Positions 25,101-38,115 of a DNA stretch of 64,000 nucleotides are shown here, piece by piece. The notes under the pieces are model-generated. The model did not search any database. It had not been told where the DNA came from and saw only the letters and a list, made by a program, of their open reading frames with translations. A program made the translations under genes and the position numbers. Numbering within the stretch: the first letter of the stretch is position 1; every line of letters begins with the position of its first letter. Source of the stretch: the human T2T-CHM13v2.0 reference genome, Homo sapiens; assembly GCF_009914755.1 (NCBI RefSeq), contig NC_060929.1. One strand, given 5' to 3'.

Positions 25101-26857
25101 ATGAAAGCTCGTTTTGTCTTCATCAACTTCAACATGCATGTCTTTTAAAAAGATCAAAACACACATACTGTCCGTAGCTGGGATTCTTGGCCAGCTTAAA
25201 AATTTAAACTGAAGGGGCAATGGTGTCTGGGTTTTATTAAAGTCCAGGATACACACATTCCTCCTGTCCCGGGAATTGGTCAAAAAGCAAGTGACAGGCA
25301 AACAGAGAGCTCTCACCTCATTTATAATGGAGAAATACTTGATTGTAGAGCCATGTTTCAAAATGTACAAGTTCGAACTTGCACCTGATGAAGACCGGGC
25401 GTACAGTGGGGTGAAGTGCATTAGCGTGCCAGCATCAGCACCGACCCAAGCCAGGGTCATGTGTTCAACATTGTGGCAAATTGGATACACAGGGTATGTG
25501 TTCATTTTTATCTGGCCATGAAGTTTTGGTTTATAGGCATGTCAGGGAGCAATAACCTAATGACCCCTCAGTGTCCTGGAGCCTTGAAGCAGGGTCTTAG
25601 TTCTGATGAGATTTTGGATGTCAGCACAGGGGAGACAGAGCTAAAGTGAATAAATTCCACTGTGTAAAAGTGGTAAGTATTTTCTAAAAATCGTCTCTGA
25701 AGGCAAAAGACTCATCTCCAATGACTGGCTTTGTCATGCGAGTGTAGACGCGGCTAAAGAGAACACTAGCAGGGCAATTTAGATGAAAAATTGGCCTCAT
25801 TGATTGATTTTGCAGTTACCTAATCAAAATTACTAGATTCAATTTTCTTAAAACACACTGTGTGAAGCTGATCACCTCTCTTCTATTTTGAAAATGTTCA
25901 TAAACTCAAACACGGGGTAAAAGCAAATTTGATCTGACAGGACCTAAGGTTGGCTGAGAAACGACGCTGCAAATATTTCTCCTTCCCCAGCTGCTCGGTG
26001 AAAGCTTGATAACAAACGATAATGCTTGTGGGGTAATGGATCACCTCCAGGGGCCCCGGGCCCTGCCAGCATAACGCCCGCATTCACTCTGTTTGCAACA
26101 CTTCCTCTCTCCCTTCTCTACCTGTTATTTATTCCACCTGATATATCTTCCTAGATTAGCTTCATGAACACCTGGTCAATTTCGAGGATGCTTGTGGAGG
26201 AGAGAAGGATCCCAACGATGTTCAGCTGCCTGTTTTGGCAGCACACAGTTTGGGTTCTAAAATGCAGAGGCTGACGTGTTCTTTATTCCCTCACGTTCTT
26301 CCGTAAGACTGGCCATTGTGCAGCTTTTATTCTACTTCATAGCTGCACCCTGTATTGTTCTGGCACTCTGGTTTTTACTTGCAGAAGCAAAAATGAATAT
26401 GGCCAAACCAAAATACAACCCCATTCCCAGAAGACACACATCATCCCTGTGGTGGGGCTCAGCTGCAGCACCACTGCAAACAAAGGGCAGTGCCCGCAGA
26501 CTCCATGACCCGGACATGATGTGTATTGGAATATACAAGCATGTGAGCACCTAGCTTCTCTATTTATTTGAGTAATCATACTCTATGTTTGTTCATTTTC
26601 AGTGAATAAAAATTTACATTGTTAAAGTGTATTCATAAATAAGTCTCATTTGATGCATCTCTCAGGAGAACCCAGTTAAGGTTTTAAATATATATTTTCC
26701 AATTTTTCTTTAAAATTTAATGCTTATTTAAGCATATGTGTAATACTACATGAATGCAAAAATGCACCATTTTTCCCTTTTCTTGTGTCCCATTTTCCTT
26801 CCTCCTGACTTCCATATATGGCAATCAGTATCACCTAATATCAAAATAATGTATCTT

Positions 26858-27775
26858 TATTAGTTGCCTGTAAATGTAACAAGTCATCATAAACTTCACT
26901 ATCTCACTGTTTCTGCAGGTCTGGGGATGGCTTTGCCAGGTTGTCTGCTAAGGTCTCACAACACTGACATCCAAGTGCTGGCTGGACTGTGTCCTTATCT
27001 GGAGACTTAATGGGGGTAGGACCCACTTCCAAGGCCCACAGGTTACTGGCAGGATTCATTTTCTTTTTATTGCAGAATTCATGCCAGCTTGACTCTTCAA
27101 AGCCAGCAAAGGAGAGAGTCTCTGCTGCTTTAAATTCCTTTCTTCTAAACCTGCTTTTAAAGAACTAACAGAAGCTGCCAGGTCCACCTAGGTGAATACA
27201 GTTTGATGAACTTAAAGTCAATGGATTGGGGATCTGTTTTAATCTCTTTGGGCTGCTGTAAAAAAATACCTTAGACTAGGTAATTTCCAAAGAAGACGCA
27301 TTTGTTTCTCACAGTTCTGGAGGCTGGGAGGTCCAAGACCAAGGCGCTGGCAGGTTTAGTGTCTGGTGAGGGCCTCCTCACTGATGGTGCTATCTAGGTG
27401 CCTGCACAGGGCACAAAAGATAGAATGCCCAGGCAGCTCATTCAAGCCTCCTTTCTAAGACTTTTCGTTAGTTAATCCCATTCACCTGGCAGAGCCCTGG
27501 TGACTCAATCACGTCCCTAAAGATGCCACCACTAGAATCCTACCATGATAGGGATTGAGTTTCCACACGGATTTTACAGGGTTTCAAATGTTCAAACCAC
27601 AGTAGGACCTTGATTGTATCTACAAAATCCTTCACTTTTACCATATAACGTAACAAAATCACAGCAGTGATAGCCGGGCATCTTTGCCATATTGGATTTG
27701 TTAGAAGCACATTGCAGAACCCATGCTTATGCAGAGGAAGAAATTGCAAAATATCCTAGATGCTGCTTGCCAAAC
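26858..27775 (-). mobile_element. Older MaLR LTR (MLT1E/F/G-like) split by a younger MST LTR
   Basis: MLT1 motifs on both sides (GGTTACTGGCAGGATTCATTTTC; AACTTAAAGTCAA...| TTGATTGTATCTACAAAATCCTTCAC) join across the insertion. Confidence 0.65.
27235..27604 (-). mobile_element. MaLR solo LTR (MSTB/MSTC-like), nested
   Basis: TTTCTCACAGTTCTGGAGGCTGGGAGGTCCAAGACCAAGG; ends TTCAAACCACAGTA; 5-bp TSD GGATC (27230-27234) / GGACC (27605-27609). Confidence 0.85.
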
Positions 27776-28039
27776 ATCCTTCTATATTTTACATGCATTG
27801 ATAACATCAAAATTTATATGTCTTAACATATAGGTCCCTACACTGACAGTGCCCTAACAGTTGTCATTGCTGTCCACAGAACACAAAGCTTTATCCTGAA
27901 ACCCACAACAAGCCTTTGCCTAAAGACTGTGAAGTCCTGTGCAGCAGGCCTGAAGGAGGGCAACTGACTAGAATCAGGTGGTGAGCATCCAAGCTCCACT
28001 TATATTTGGTCGTGACCACTGTGAGGTTCATTCCTCTGT

Positions 28040-28233
28040 CTCACAATACCTGGCAGGACTGAGTCCTAGGTTTTAGAGGTAACATCCTTAAAAATACACC
28101 TTGTCTCAGCTGTTCCCTTCCCTGTCTCATTTCCACAATCCTCTCCTGGGCCTTCCTGAGGTCATTTCCCAAATGAAGCACCTGCCCGTGCGTTCCTGAC
28201 TGAGCTCTGGACCTGGGGAGCCCACATAACACA
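28040..28233 (+). mobile_element. ERVL LTR fragment (LTR16/LTR33-like 3' end)
   Basis: TTCCTGAGGTCATTTCCCAAATGAAGCACCTGC...GGGGAGCCCACATAACACA resembles an ERVL LTR terminus. Confidence 0.45.
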
Positions 28234-28289
28234 GCTGTTGTTACCTTTACAAACAGGGTCTTGGGAAGTGCACCCTCAGCATGGGTGTA

Positions 28290-28535
28290 GGAACTAGAGC
28301 TACTCTAACAATGTACCACAGCCGGGGCAGCTTAACAGAAATGTATCATCTCACAGGTCTGGAGGCTGGAAGTTGGAGGTCAAGGTGTCTGCAGGCTTGG
28401 TTCCTTCTGAGACTGTGAGGTAAATTCTGTTCCATGTCTTTCCCCCGGCTTCTGGTGTTTTGCTGACAATCTTTGGTGATTTTTAGCTTGTAGAAGCATC
28501 ACTGCAATCTCTGCCTTCATTCTTACATCGCATTC

Positions 28536-28572
<37 letters not shown>

Positions 28573-28610
28573 GTGCATGTTCAAATTTCCTCCTTTTAAA
28601 AGGACAAAGA
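28290..28610 (-). mobile_element. MaLR LTR (MLT1C-like), truncated, containing (GT)n at 28536-28570
   Basis: TCTGGAGGCTGGAAGTTGGAGGTCAAGGTGTCTGCAGG; GCTTGTAGAAGCATCACTGCAATCTCTGCCTTC. Confidence 0.8.
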
Positions 28611-28679
28611 AGCATCTTTAATAATGCTTGTGCATAGAACAAATTATTTATTAAAGAAGCTTCTTTGTCCTTATAAAAA

Positions 28680-28880
28680 GTCATAGTGTTCAATAGCACA
28701 ATAAGGCAACTATAGTTAAATAATTTATTATATATTTTCCAAAAGCTAGAAGAGAGGATTTTGAATGTTCCCATCACAATGAAATAATGAATATTTAAGG
28801 CAATGGATAACCTAATTGCCCTGATTTGATTTTTACACATTGTGTGCTTGTATCAAAAATCTCATGTGCACCCAAAGTTA
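28680..28880 (+). mobile_element. L1MA-type terminal 3'UTR fragment
   Basis: AATAGCACAATAAGGCAACTATAGTTAAATAATTTATT...GCTAGAAGAGAGGATTTTGAATGTTCCCATCACA. Confidence 0.75.
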
Positions 28881-29638
28881 CTGTAACTTTACTGTATTTG
28901 TTTATTAGTTAAAACGATGTTGGATGAAATCTTTAGTGTTTTCTACATATGAAATTATGTCATCAGCAAAAAGTGACAATTTCATTAAAAAAACTTTTTT
29001 TCTTTGGATGACTTTTATTTCTTTTTATTTCTTTCTTTTGCCTAATTGCTCTGGCAAAGACTTCCAGTATTATGTTAAATAGAGGTGGTAGATTTTGTTT
29101 TAGATCTTAGAGAAAAGAGTTGCAATGTTTTACCGACTGAGTATGATGTTCTCTGTGAGTTTATCATATATGGCCTTTATCATGTTGAGATACATTGTTT
29201 CTATACTTAATTCATTGAGTGTTTTTATAATGAAATGATGTTGAATTTTATCTAATTCTTTTTCTGTACCTAAGGAGATGATCATAATTTTTGTCTTAAA
29301 TCCTCTTAATGATTTGCATAATTTGAACCATCCTTGCATCTCAGGAATAAATTCCACTGGATCATGGCTAATGATCCTTTTGCTGTGTTGTTGAACTTGG
29401 CTTGCTGGTATTTTGTTGAAGACTTTTGCATCTATGTTAATCAAGGATATTAACCTACAGCTTTTCTTTCCTTGTGATGTCTTTTTCTGATTTGGTGTCA
29501 GTGTAATGTGGGCCTCATAAAAAATGTTCGGAAGTATTTCCTCCTTTTTGACTTTTTGGAAGCTTCTGATGGATTGGAATAAGTTCTTTAAATATTTGAT
29601 ACAATTCAACATGAGGCCATCAAAGCCTGGGCTTTTTT

Positions 29639-29927
29639 CTTTTTTTCTTTTTTTTTTGAGATGGAGTCTCCCTCTGTTGCCCAGGCTGGAGTGCAATGGT
29701 GCGATCTCACTCACTGCAACCTCCCCCTCCCGAGTTCAACTGATTCTCCTGCCTCAGCCACCCGAGTAGCTGAAACTGCAGGCACATGCCACCACTCCCA
29801 GTTAATTTTTTGTACTTTTAGTAGACACGGTATTTCACCGTGTTAGCCAGAATGGTCTGGATCTCCTGACCTCGTGATCTGCCCGCCTCAGCCTCCCAAA
29901 GTGATGGGATTACAGTCCTGAGCCACC
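29639..29927 (-). mobile_element. AluS (AluSc-like), slightly 5'-truncated
   Basis: Diagnostic GTGTTAGCCAG..ATCTCCTGACCTCGTGATC; TSD AAAGCCTGGGCTTTTTT (29622-29638 / 29931-29947). Confidence 0.95.
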
Positions 29928-31592
29928 TCAAAAGCCTGGGCTTTTTTTAGATGGAAAACTTATTACTGATTTAATCTCCTTACTAGCTATTGGTGTCTTC
30001 AGATTTTTTATTTTTAATTATTCACTCTTGATAGGTTATATGTTTCTAGAAATTTATTCATTTATTCTAGGTTATCCAATTTTTTGACATAAACATACCT
30101 GGTCCTAATAGTCTCATGATTTTCTGTAGTTCACTGGTATCAGTCATAATGTCTCCTCTTTCATTCTTTTAATTTTATTTGAGTCTTCTCTCCTTTTTTC
30201 TTAGTCTAACTAAAGGTTTGTCAATGTTGCTTATCTTTTAAAAAACAATTTTTGGTCTTATTGATCTTTTCAATCATTTTTTTATGGCCTTTATTTCACT
30301 TATTTCTACTTGGATCTTTATTATTTCTTTCATTCTGTTGACACTGGGCTTAGTTTGTTCATTTTTCATTTCTTTGAAGTCTAGTGTTTGTTTGAGATCT
30401 TTCTTTTTTTATATAATTGTTTATTGCTGTAAATGTTCCTCTTAAAACTGTTTTGCTACATCTCATAAGTGTGAGCTTTTATGGTGTGTGTGTTTTCATT
30501 TTCATTTGTCTCATGATATTTTTACATTTTCTTTTTAATTTCTTTTGGCTTATTGATTGTTCAGGATCCAGTTGTTTAATTTCTATGTACTTGTTAATTT
30601 TCTGAATTTTTTTCTGTTATTGATTTTTTGTTTCATACCATTGTTGTCAGAAAAGATCATGGATATGATTTCCATCTTCTTAAATTTGCTAAGACTGGTT
30701 TTGTGGCTTAACCAGAGATCACAATAGTGATCTATTCTAGAAACTGTTCTAGTTGTGTGCTTAGTAAGTTATCATATTCTGTTATTGTTGGATAGAATAT
30801 TCTATGTGTGTCTCTTAAGTCAATTTGGTCTAAAGTATTGTTCAAGTTCAGTGTTTCCCTATTAGTTTTCTGTCTGGATGATCTATCCATTATAGAGGAT
30901 GTGCTTTTGAAGTCCCCTACTATTACTGTATTGCTCACTACCTTCAGACTCTTTCATATTTGCTTTATATATCCCATGTAGGGTGCATATTGATTTATAA
31001 TTATAAGAGCCTCTTGATAAATTGGCACCATTATCTTTGTATAATTTCCTTCTTTACCTCTTTTTAAGGTTTTTGACTTTAAGTCTCTTTTATCCGATAT
31101 AAATATAGCCACACTTACACTCTTTTGATTTCTATTTCTGTGAAATCGTTTTTCATCTCCTCACTTTTAGCCTCTGTGTATCCTGAAAAGCAAGGTGATT
31201 ATCTTGTAAGGAGTATATAGCTGGGTCTTTTTCATCCATTCTGTTACTATATGTCTTTTTATTGGATAATTGAATCCATTTGCATTTAAGATAATTATTA
31301 ATAGGTCAGAAATTTCTACTGTCATTTTTTGTACATATTTTGTCTTTCTCCCTCTCTTGCTGTTTTTCACTGTGGTTTGATGATTTTCTATAGAGGTATG
31401 TTTCCATTCTTTCTATTATATTGTATGTGTGTCTGTCTGTCCGTGTGTGTGTGCACGCGTGCACGCATCTACTATACATTTTTGCTTTGTGGTTATCATA
31501 AGGTTACATAGAACATATTACAACAGTCAATTTCAAGCTCATCATTATGATTGCATACAATTCTATACTTTTATTTCACCCTTATTTTACTA

Positions 31593-31881
31593 TTTTTTTT
31601 TTCTTGAGACAGAGTCTCACTCTGTCTCCCAGGGCAGTGGACAGATTTCGGCTCACTGCAACATCCACCTCCCAGGTTCAAGCGATTCTCCTGCCTCAGC
31701 CTCTTGAGTAACTGGGATTACAGGCATACACCACCATGCCCAGCTAACTTTTTGTATTTTTAGTAGAGCTAGGGTTTCACCATGCTGTCCAGGCTGGTCT
31801 CAAACTCCTGACCTCAGGTGATCTGCCTTCCTCAGCCTCCCAAAGTGCTGGGATTCCAGGCATGAGCCACTGCACCTGGCC
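31593..31881 (-). mobile_element. AluS (AluSx-like)
   Basis: Dimeric Alu with poly-T; imperfect TSD CTTATTTTACT / CTTATTTAACT. Confidence 0.95.
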
Positions 31882-33091
31882 CTTATTTAACTTTTTGATA
31901 CCAGAATTTACATCACTTTCTACTATGCATTTCCTGACTATTTCAGCTATAGGTGTAGTTAGTAGTTCTGTAATTTAACCCTTGTACTAGAGCTAAAATT
32001 GCTTTATACACCACTGTTGCAGTCCTAGAGTTTCCGGAATATGGCTCTATATTACTTATATCATGAAGTTTTGTGCTTTTGTAGCTTTTAGGATATTAAT
32101 TAGTGGCTTCGTGTTTCAGCTTAAGAAAACTCCCTTTCAGCTGTGTCTGTAAGGCAAATCTAATGGTATAAACTTCCTTACCTTTTGTTTGTCTGCCAAA
32201 GTTTATATTTCTCTCTCATTTTGGAAATACAGCTTTGCAGAATGAAGTATTCTTGGTTGGTCATTTTTTGGTTTTCTTTTTCTTTTTTTTTTTTTCACCT
32301 CTTTGAATATATCATCCCTCTCCCTCCTGGCCTGAAGGGTTTCTGTTGAGAAATCACCTGATAGTCATGTGGGGACTCCTTTATATGTGGTATGTTTCTT
32401 ATCTCTCATGACTCTCAGAATTTTTTTCTTTGTCTTTGATTTTGGATAGTTTCTGGTGAACTCTTCTTTGAGTTAAATTTTACTGGAGATCTCTCAACTT
32501 CCTGTACCTGGATGTTGGCATCTTTCCTCAGATTAGGAAGATTTTCAACCATTATCATTTTACATATGCTTTCTGACTCTTTTTCACTACCTTCTTCTTA
32601 AATTTCTATCATGTGCATGTTAGTTCTGTTGATGGTGTCCCATAATTCTCATAGGCTTTCTTCATGCTTTTTATTTATTTACTTTTTGTTCTTCTGATTG
32701 GATAATGTTAAAGGTCCTGTCCTCTAGCCAACTGAATTCTTCCTTAGCTTTATGAAGCCGGCTGTTGAGGCTTTCTTTTGCAATTTTCAGTTCAGTCATT
32801 GTATTCATCATTGCTAAAATTTTTATTTTTTATTGTTTCTATTCATTCATTAAACTTGTTTTGTTTATGCATTGTTTTCCAAATTTCCTTTAGTTTTATT
32901 ATTTTGTGTTCATTGTTGGAGCTTATTTAGTTTCTTCTGGAAGTATCATGATTCTGAGTCTTTACAATCTTTGTATCTTTGTGCTGGTATCTGCCCATTT
33001 GAGAAGACAGCCACATTTTCCAGCTTTTACAGGTGTTCTTCATCAGGCATAGACCTCCATTACTTGGTTTAGCTGGTAATAATCCTGGACA

Positions 33092-33452
<361 letters not shown>

Positions 33453-34589
33453 CTACCTGGCAAGACCATTGGCTGAGCTCTGGAATCAGGCTGTGCTGCT
33501 GGATGGTCACTACAATTGCCCCAGATTGAGTTGGGTCACAGGGTATATTCTCTGGCCAGGAGGTACCACTACTTAAGTTTGGCAGTTGAACAAAGTTGGA
33601 GGCAGGGCCTGAGGTTAGGTTGAGTTACTGATTAGAATGGGTGGAATTATCTGCTATGCTCAGTAGAAAAGCACAGTTGGGCTTTTCCTTCCTGCCTGGG
33701 TGAAACATTGGGTGGGCTTTGAAGTTGCATGGTATGCTGTTCAATTCCCAGTTATAGAGCATCTTGTCCTACTTCTTTGCTAAAGTTTGCTGTGGCAGTT
33801 TTCTCCCTCCCTGGGTAGGGCCCACGGGTAAGGAATAAGGCTGGTCCTGGAAACCAGTCATCTAGGGATTCAAACCAGGTAGCACCTGTCTCCGTTTCTG
33901 GGAGTGACCAGCCCCTTTGCGGTGAGTTGTGCTGTTAGCTTGTATCTCTGATTGGGCACCACCAGTGGCAGGTATAGAGAGCTACCAGCAAGATTTTCAT
34001 GCTGGTCACTGTGGGCTCTGCCTCCTTGCTTTCTTTCCTCCTGACCCCAGGTGATCCATCTGCCATTTTCTCCTATGTTCCCCTTGAGGAGAGATGAGGT
34101 GAGCTTCCTGGGAAGTGCCTTAGAAGGCTAGGGAAGCTGGAGGTCCTTCTCCAGGTCTGTTTTCTGGGAATCTTCTGCATGAGGCTCTGTGCTGACTTGG
34201 GGGAGGGAGAGAAGTGACTCAGTGAAAGTGAGACTCTATTTCTCTTACCTTTTCCATGCAGATTTTTTTCCATTCTATAGACCATAAACTTATTCCCAAG
34301 TTTAAGTATTTTAACTAAGGTGTTTTTGTCTGTGGATAGTTGCTAGTTAAACTTTCTGTAGGGGGACGTGAGGCCTGGCACGTCTTCTTCTGCCATCTTC
34401 CCGATGTCCTTCTTCAGAACAAACTTGTTTAAACCATATGATTCATCTGTTCAATGTTTGCTCTTTAATATAAGCAGATGAATTAATGGGCTTGTGTGTA
34501 ACTGTTCATTAATCAACATGTATCTATCAACCCTCTATCTAGCTGTCAGTCTCTCCATGTGTCTATTATCTATCAATCACCTATTCATA

Positions 34590-35030
34590 AAACAACTGTT
34601 GTTAGACATTGGATACCAAGCAGCAGAGGAGCATAACTCCTGAGAAACGGGAAAAAACAAGATGGGTCTTTATTTTAGGGGGCACTTTTCAGGTAATGAT
34701 GTAAAATGAAAACATAAGCAGGACACAGTAGTCTCACTGAGCTGAGGTGAGAAAAATTAGAACCCAAGAAGATGGAGGTATTTGAAATTTGCAGATCAAA
34801 TCACTAAAAAAAGGGAGCAACATAGAGACAGAGCCTCGGAAATCCACATGGGGTCCCCTCGAATATTCACCTGAATGTCAGCCTACAACCTGTGTGTCAG
34901 GTCAGATAGAGGCTGGAAAATCAACAGCTACTGGGTAATTTTAAGGTTAACCACGCAAAACTATGAACAGGGCTCTGAGACGTTGAGCTCCAAATAGTCA
35001 ACCTGGAAAGGCCTGGCCCAAGGCTGCTGG
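34590..35030 (+). mobile_element. Ancient L1 5'-region fragment (L1MC/L1M4-like)
   Basis: Degenerate motif CAGAGCCTCGGAAATCCACATGGGGTCCCCTCGAATATTC. Confidence 0.35.
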
Positions 35031-35049
35031 ATGAGATGTCCGTGTAATT

Positions 35050-36300
35050 TTTCTGGATGACATCAAATTTTCTTTTACAGGAGCTATATAATGGGGCCTT
35101 TCAACTAGCAATAAGGGAAAAAGTACCTATTTCCAGAGAGCCTCAGCAACAGAATTTGTTGTCAAACTTTTGGGCATTTGCCAATCTGATAGTGAGAAGA
35201 GATATCCCCTGTAGTTTTGATTTATGTTTCTCTAATTATGAGGGAAATTAATGTCTTTTCATATGATTAAGCACTATCTGCATTTTTTTTACTATGATCT
35301 GTCTATTCATATATCTAGCTTATTTTGTCACTGGAATTTTTTCTATACTGTTAGAAGTTCTTTAGATATTAGAGGTATTAACTTTTTGTCATGATATGAG
35401 TTGCAAATTTTTTTCTAGTTTATTATTTCTTTTTCTAGCATACATATATACACATATATAATGTTTCTGCAAATCTTTTATTATATACCATCCATATAGT
35501 TTTATTTTTATTGTAAATATCTAAATGTTGAATTTAGAGCGTATTCTGATATAGGATGAGATAAATGGATTCGACTTTACCTTTTCATCTGATTGCCTAT
35601 CTCATTATTCTAACATCACTTATTAAAAAGTCCGTTTGTTCCCATTGACTTAAAATGCCATCTTTATCATATATTAAGTATCTGCTTTCAATTGTGTCTA
35701 TTTCTGGATATTCTATTCTGTTTCCTTCGTGTGTTTATCTAGCCATGAGCAATAGTCACTCCGTTTTCATTAATATGCTAAACTGCACAGTCATGCATTA
35801 CTGAACGACAAGGATACATTCTAAGAAATGTGTTATTAGGCAATTTTTTTGCTGTGAAAAGATCATAGAGTGTATTACAGAAACCTAGATGGTCTAGCCT
35901 ACCACAAACCTAGGCTATACGGTCCAACCTATTGCTCCTGGGCTACAAAGCTGTGCAGCATGTGACTGTATTGAATGCTATAGGCAGTTTCGACATGGCA
36001 GTCAATATTTGTGTATCTAGACATATTAAATGTAAAAAAAAGCAGTAAAAACACAGTACTATAATCTTATGGGACCACTGTTGTATATGCAGTCCATCGT
36101 TGACCAAAATATCGTTATGCAGTGCATGACTGTATTTTAATACTACTGCCCTTCTACTATTAAACTTGAAATTACATTGAACTTGCAAATTAACTTGTGG
36201 AGAACTGACGTTTGTGACATTGAGAAATCCTGTTCAGGAATATGGTGTGATTTTAGATAGACTCATGTTTCCTTTTTCTGTTTTCTAGTACAATGTTTTA
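35050..36300 (-). mobile_element. Ancient L1 (L1ME-like) interrupted by Tigger3a
   Basis: T-rich antisense L1 motifs (TTTGCCAATCTGATAG; CTATTTCTGGATATTCTATTCTGTTTCC). Confidence 0.55.
35788..36132. mobile_element. Tigger3a (MER7A/GOLEM_A) non-autonomous TcMar DNA transposon
   Basis: Terminal inverted repeats CAGTCATGCA... / ...TGCATGACTG followed by TA; internal ACCTAGATGGTCTAGCCTAC and TATAATCTTATGGGACCAC; ~345 bp. Confidence 0.9.
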
Positions 36301-36344
36301 CTGTCAACTTTTAACACAGAAGAAAAAATGATCACTTTAAGTGT

Positions 36345-36890
36345 AAATCAAATTATGTTTTTTCTCTGCTCAAAATCTTAAAATAATGCTTCATCTCACT
36401 CAGAACTCTAGGCACTCCCAGGGGGCTACAAGTCCCTGTAGAATCCACTAGGTCGCTCTGTGACCTCTCAGCCTCTTTCCCTGACCCCCTTCTCCCTCTG
36501 TTCCTTGGTGGCTTCCACATTCTCACCTCAGAGCCTGGTGCTTCTGCTTCCATTTGCTCGGCATCATCCTCCCCCAAATATTTATTCACCGCCACAAGCC
36601 TTTGCTAAATGCTGTCTTTATGGTGAGGATTTCCTTGGTGATCTGCTTAAATGAAAGGCTTCTACCCTAGCAGCTCTGTCCTCCTCCCACGCCTTCTTAT
36701 TTTCTGTCACTCTCATCACCTGATAATTACATATTATAATTTTCCTATTTGTCTATATCCAGTCCCTCCCCACCAGAGTGAAAACTTAATGAGCTAATGA
36801 CTTATATTGAATTGAATTTGTTCTCACTGATGATCTCCCAAACCCCAGAACATTTTTGACACACAGAAGAGGCTCAACAATTGCTTCTCA
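36345..36890 (+). mobile_element. L2 3' region
   Basis: CTCTGCTCAAAATC... through ...GACACACAGAAGAGGCTCAACAATTG resembles a decayed L2 3' end. Confidence 0.6.
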
Positions 36891-37370
36891 AACAATGAAA
36901 TGTACAATTAGCCCTAAAACAACCACTCTTTATGCCATAAATCTCTCTCTGAAAATCTGTTAAAAAACCAAAGTAAGCTAGTGAAGTGACCTGACCAAAC
37001 AGGCATGACTCACTGACTTGCAGGAGACAGGGTTGCCCTTGTAAGTGACTTTTGTTTTCTCTCTTATCCTCATTCACCCTTTCCTCTCCCTGTCCTGGGT
37101 ACAGATATTTATTGCAGGTTTAGAGATTAGCATTTCCAAGTCGTTACATGGAGAATTCCCTGCCCTTTTGTCCTGGGCCAGTTTGTCACTGCAAAGTGTC
37201 ACAGTTTAATCTGATAAAGGCAATGCATTCTGCAAATAAATCCAGATCCAGCCATAATAATCAAACCTTAAAGGTAAATTAAGACTGTTTAATCACAAAG
37301 AAAGGCAGCTTCAGTCTGAGTGAAGTTTTATTTCCTTTGTACCATTAGAAGCATATCTGCACCTCTTCGC

Positions 37371-38115
37371 CAAACACATGCACATATATGCACATAGGCA
37401 CATAGCCACACATGTGCACACACATAGGCACATAGCCACACATGTGCACACACATGCACACATATGCACATAGGCACATAGCCACACAAGTGAACACACA
37501 CGCACACATATGCACATAGCCACACATGTGCACACACATGCACACACACAGGCACAAACATGCACATAAACATGCACTCATATACACACAGGCACACACA
37601 CAACATCCTACACATGAACACACAGGCACACATGCACACCTTCACAAGGCACACACAAGCACACAAACGTGCACACCCACACACCATTCCACACATTCAG
37701 ACACACACATGTATGAACATATGTGCACACATGCAGACATGCACACATGCACAAGGCACGCACAAGCACACACAATGTGTACATACACATGCAAACCTGC
37801 ACAGTCCCACATATGCAGACACATGTATGCACAACTGCACACCTGTACAAGGCACACACAAGCACACACTGCACATGCATGTTCATGTGCGCACACACAC
37901 ACATGCACGCAGACACATGCACAGAAATACACACACATGCACAAATGTACACATATAGATGCACACACAGAGGCACCCACACAGGTGCACATGCACACCT
38001 GCACAAGGCACACATAAGCACACACATGCACAGAAACATGCATGCACATACATGGACACATGTATGCACATGCACACAGGCACACAGGCGAAGCTGTGCA
38101 CACACAGGCACACTC
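37371..38115. repeat. ~750-bp CA-rich degenerate tandem repeat / minisatellite
   Basis: Recurring CACATAGGCACATAGCCACACATGTGCACA units at 37375-37545, then degenerate (CA)n with repeated ACAAGGCACAC. Confidence 0.92.

Noticed and set aside
26276-26579. Hydrophobic small ORFs suggesting a membrane micropeptide
   Set aside because: The plus-strand ORF has a non-ATG start, there is no promoter or splice context and no recognisable homology; such ORFs are expected by chance.
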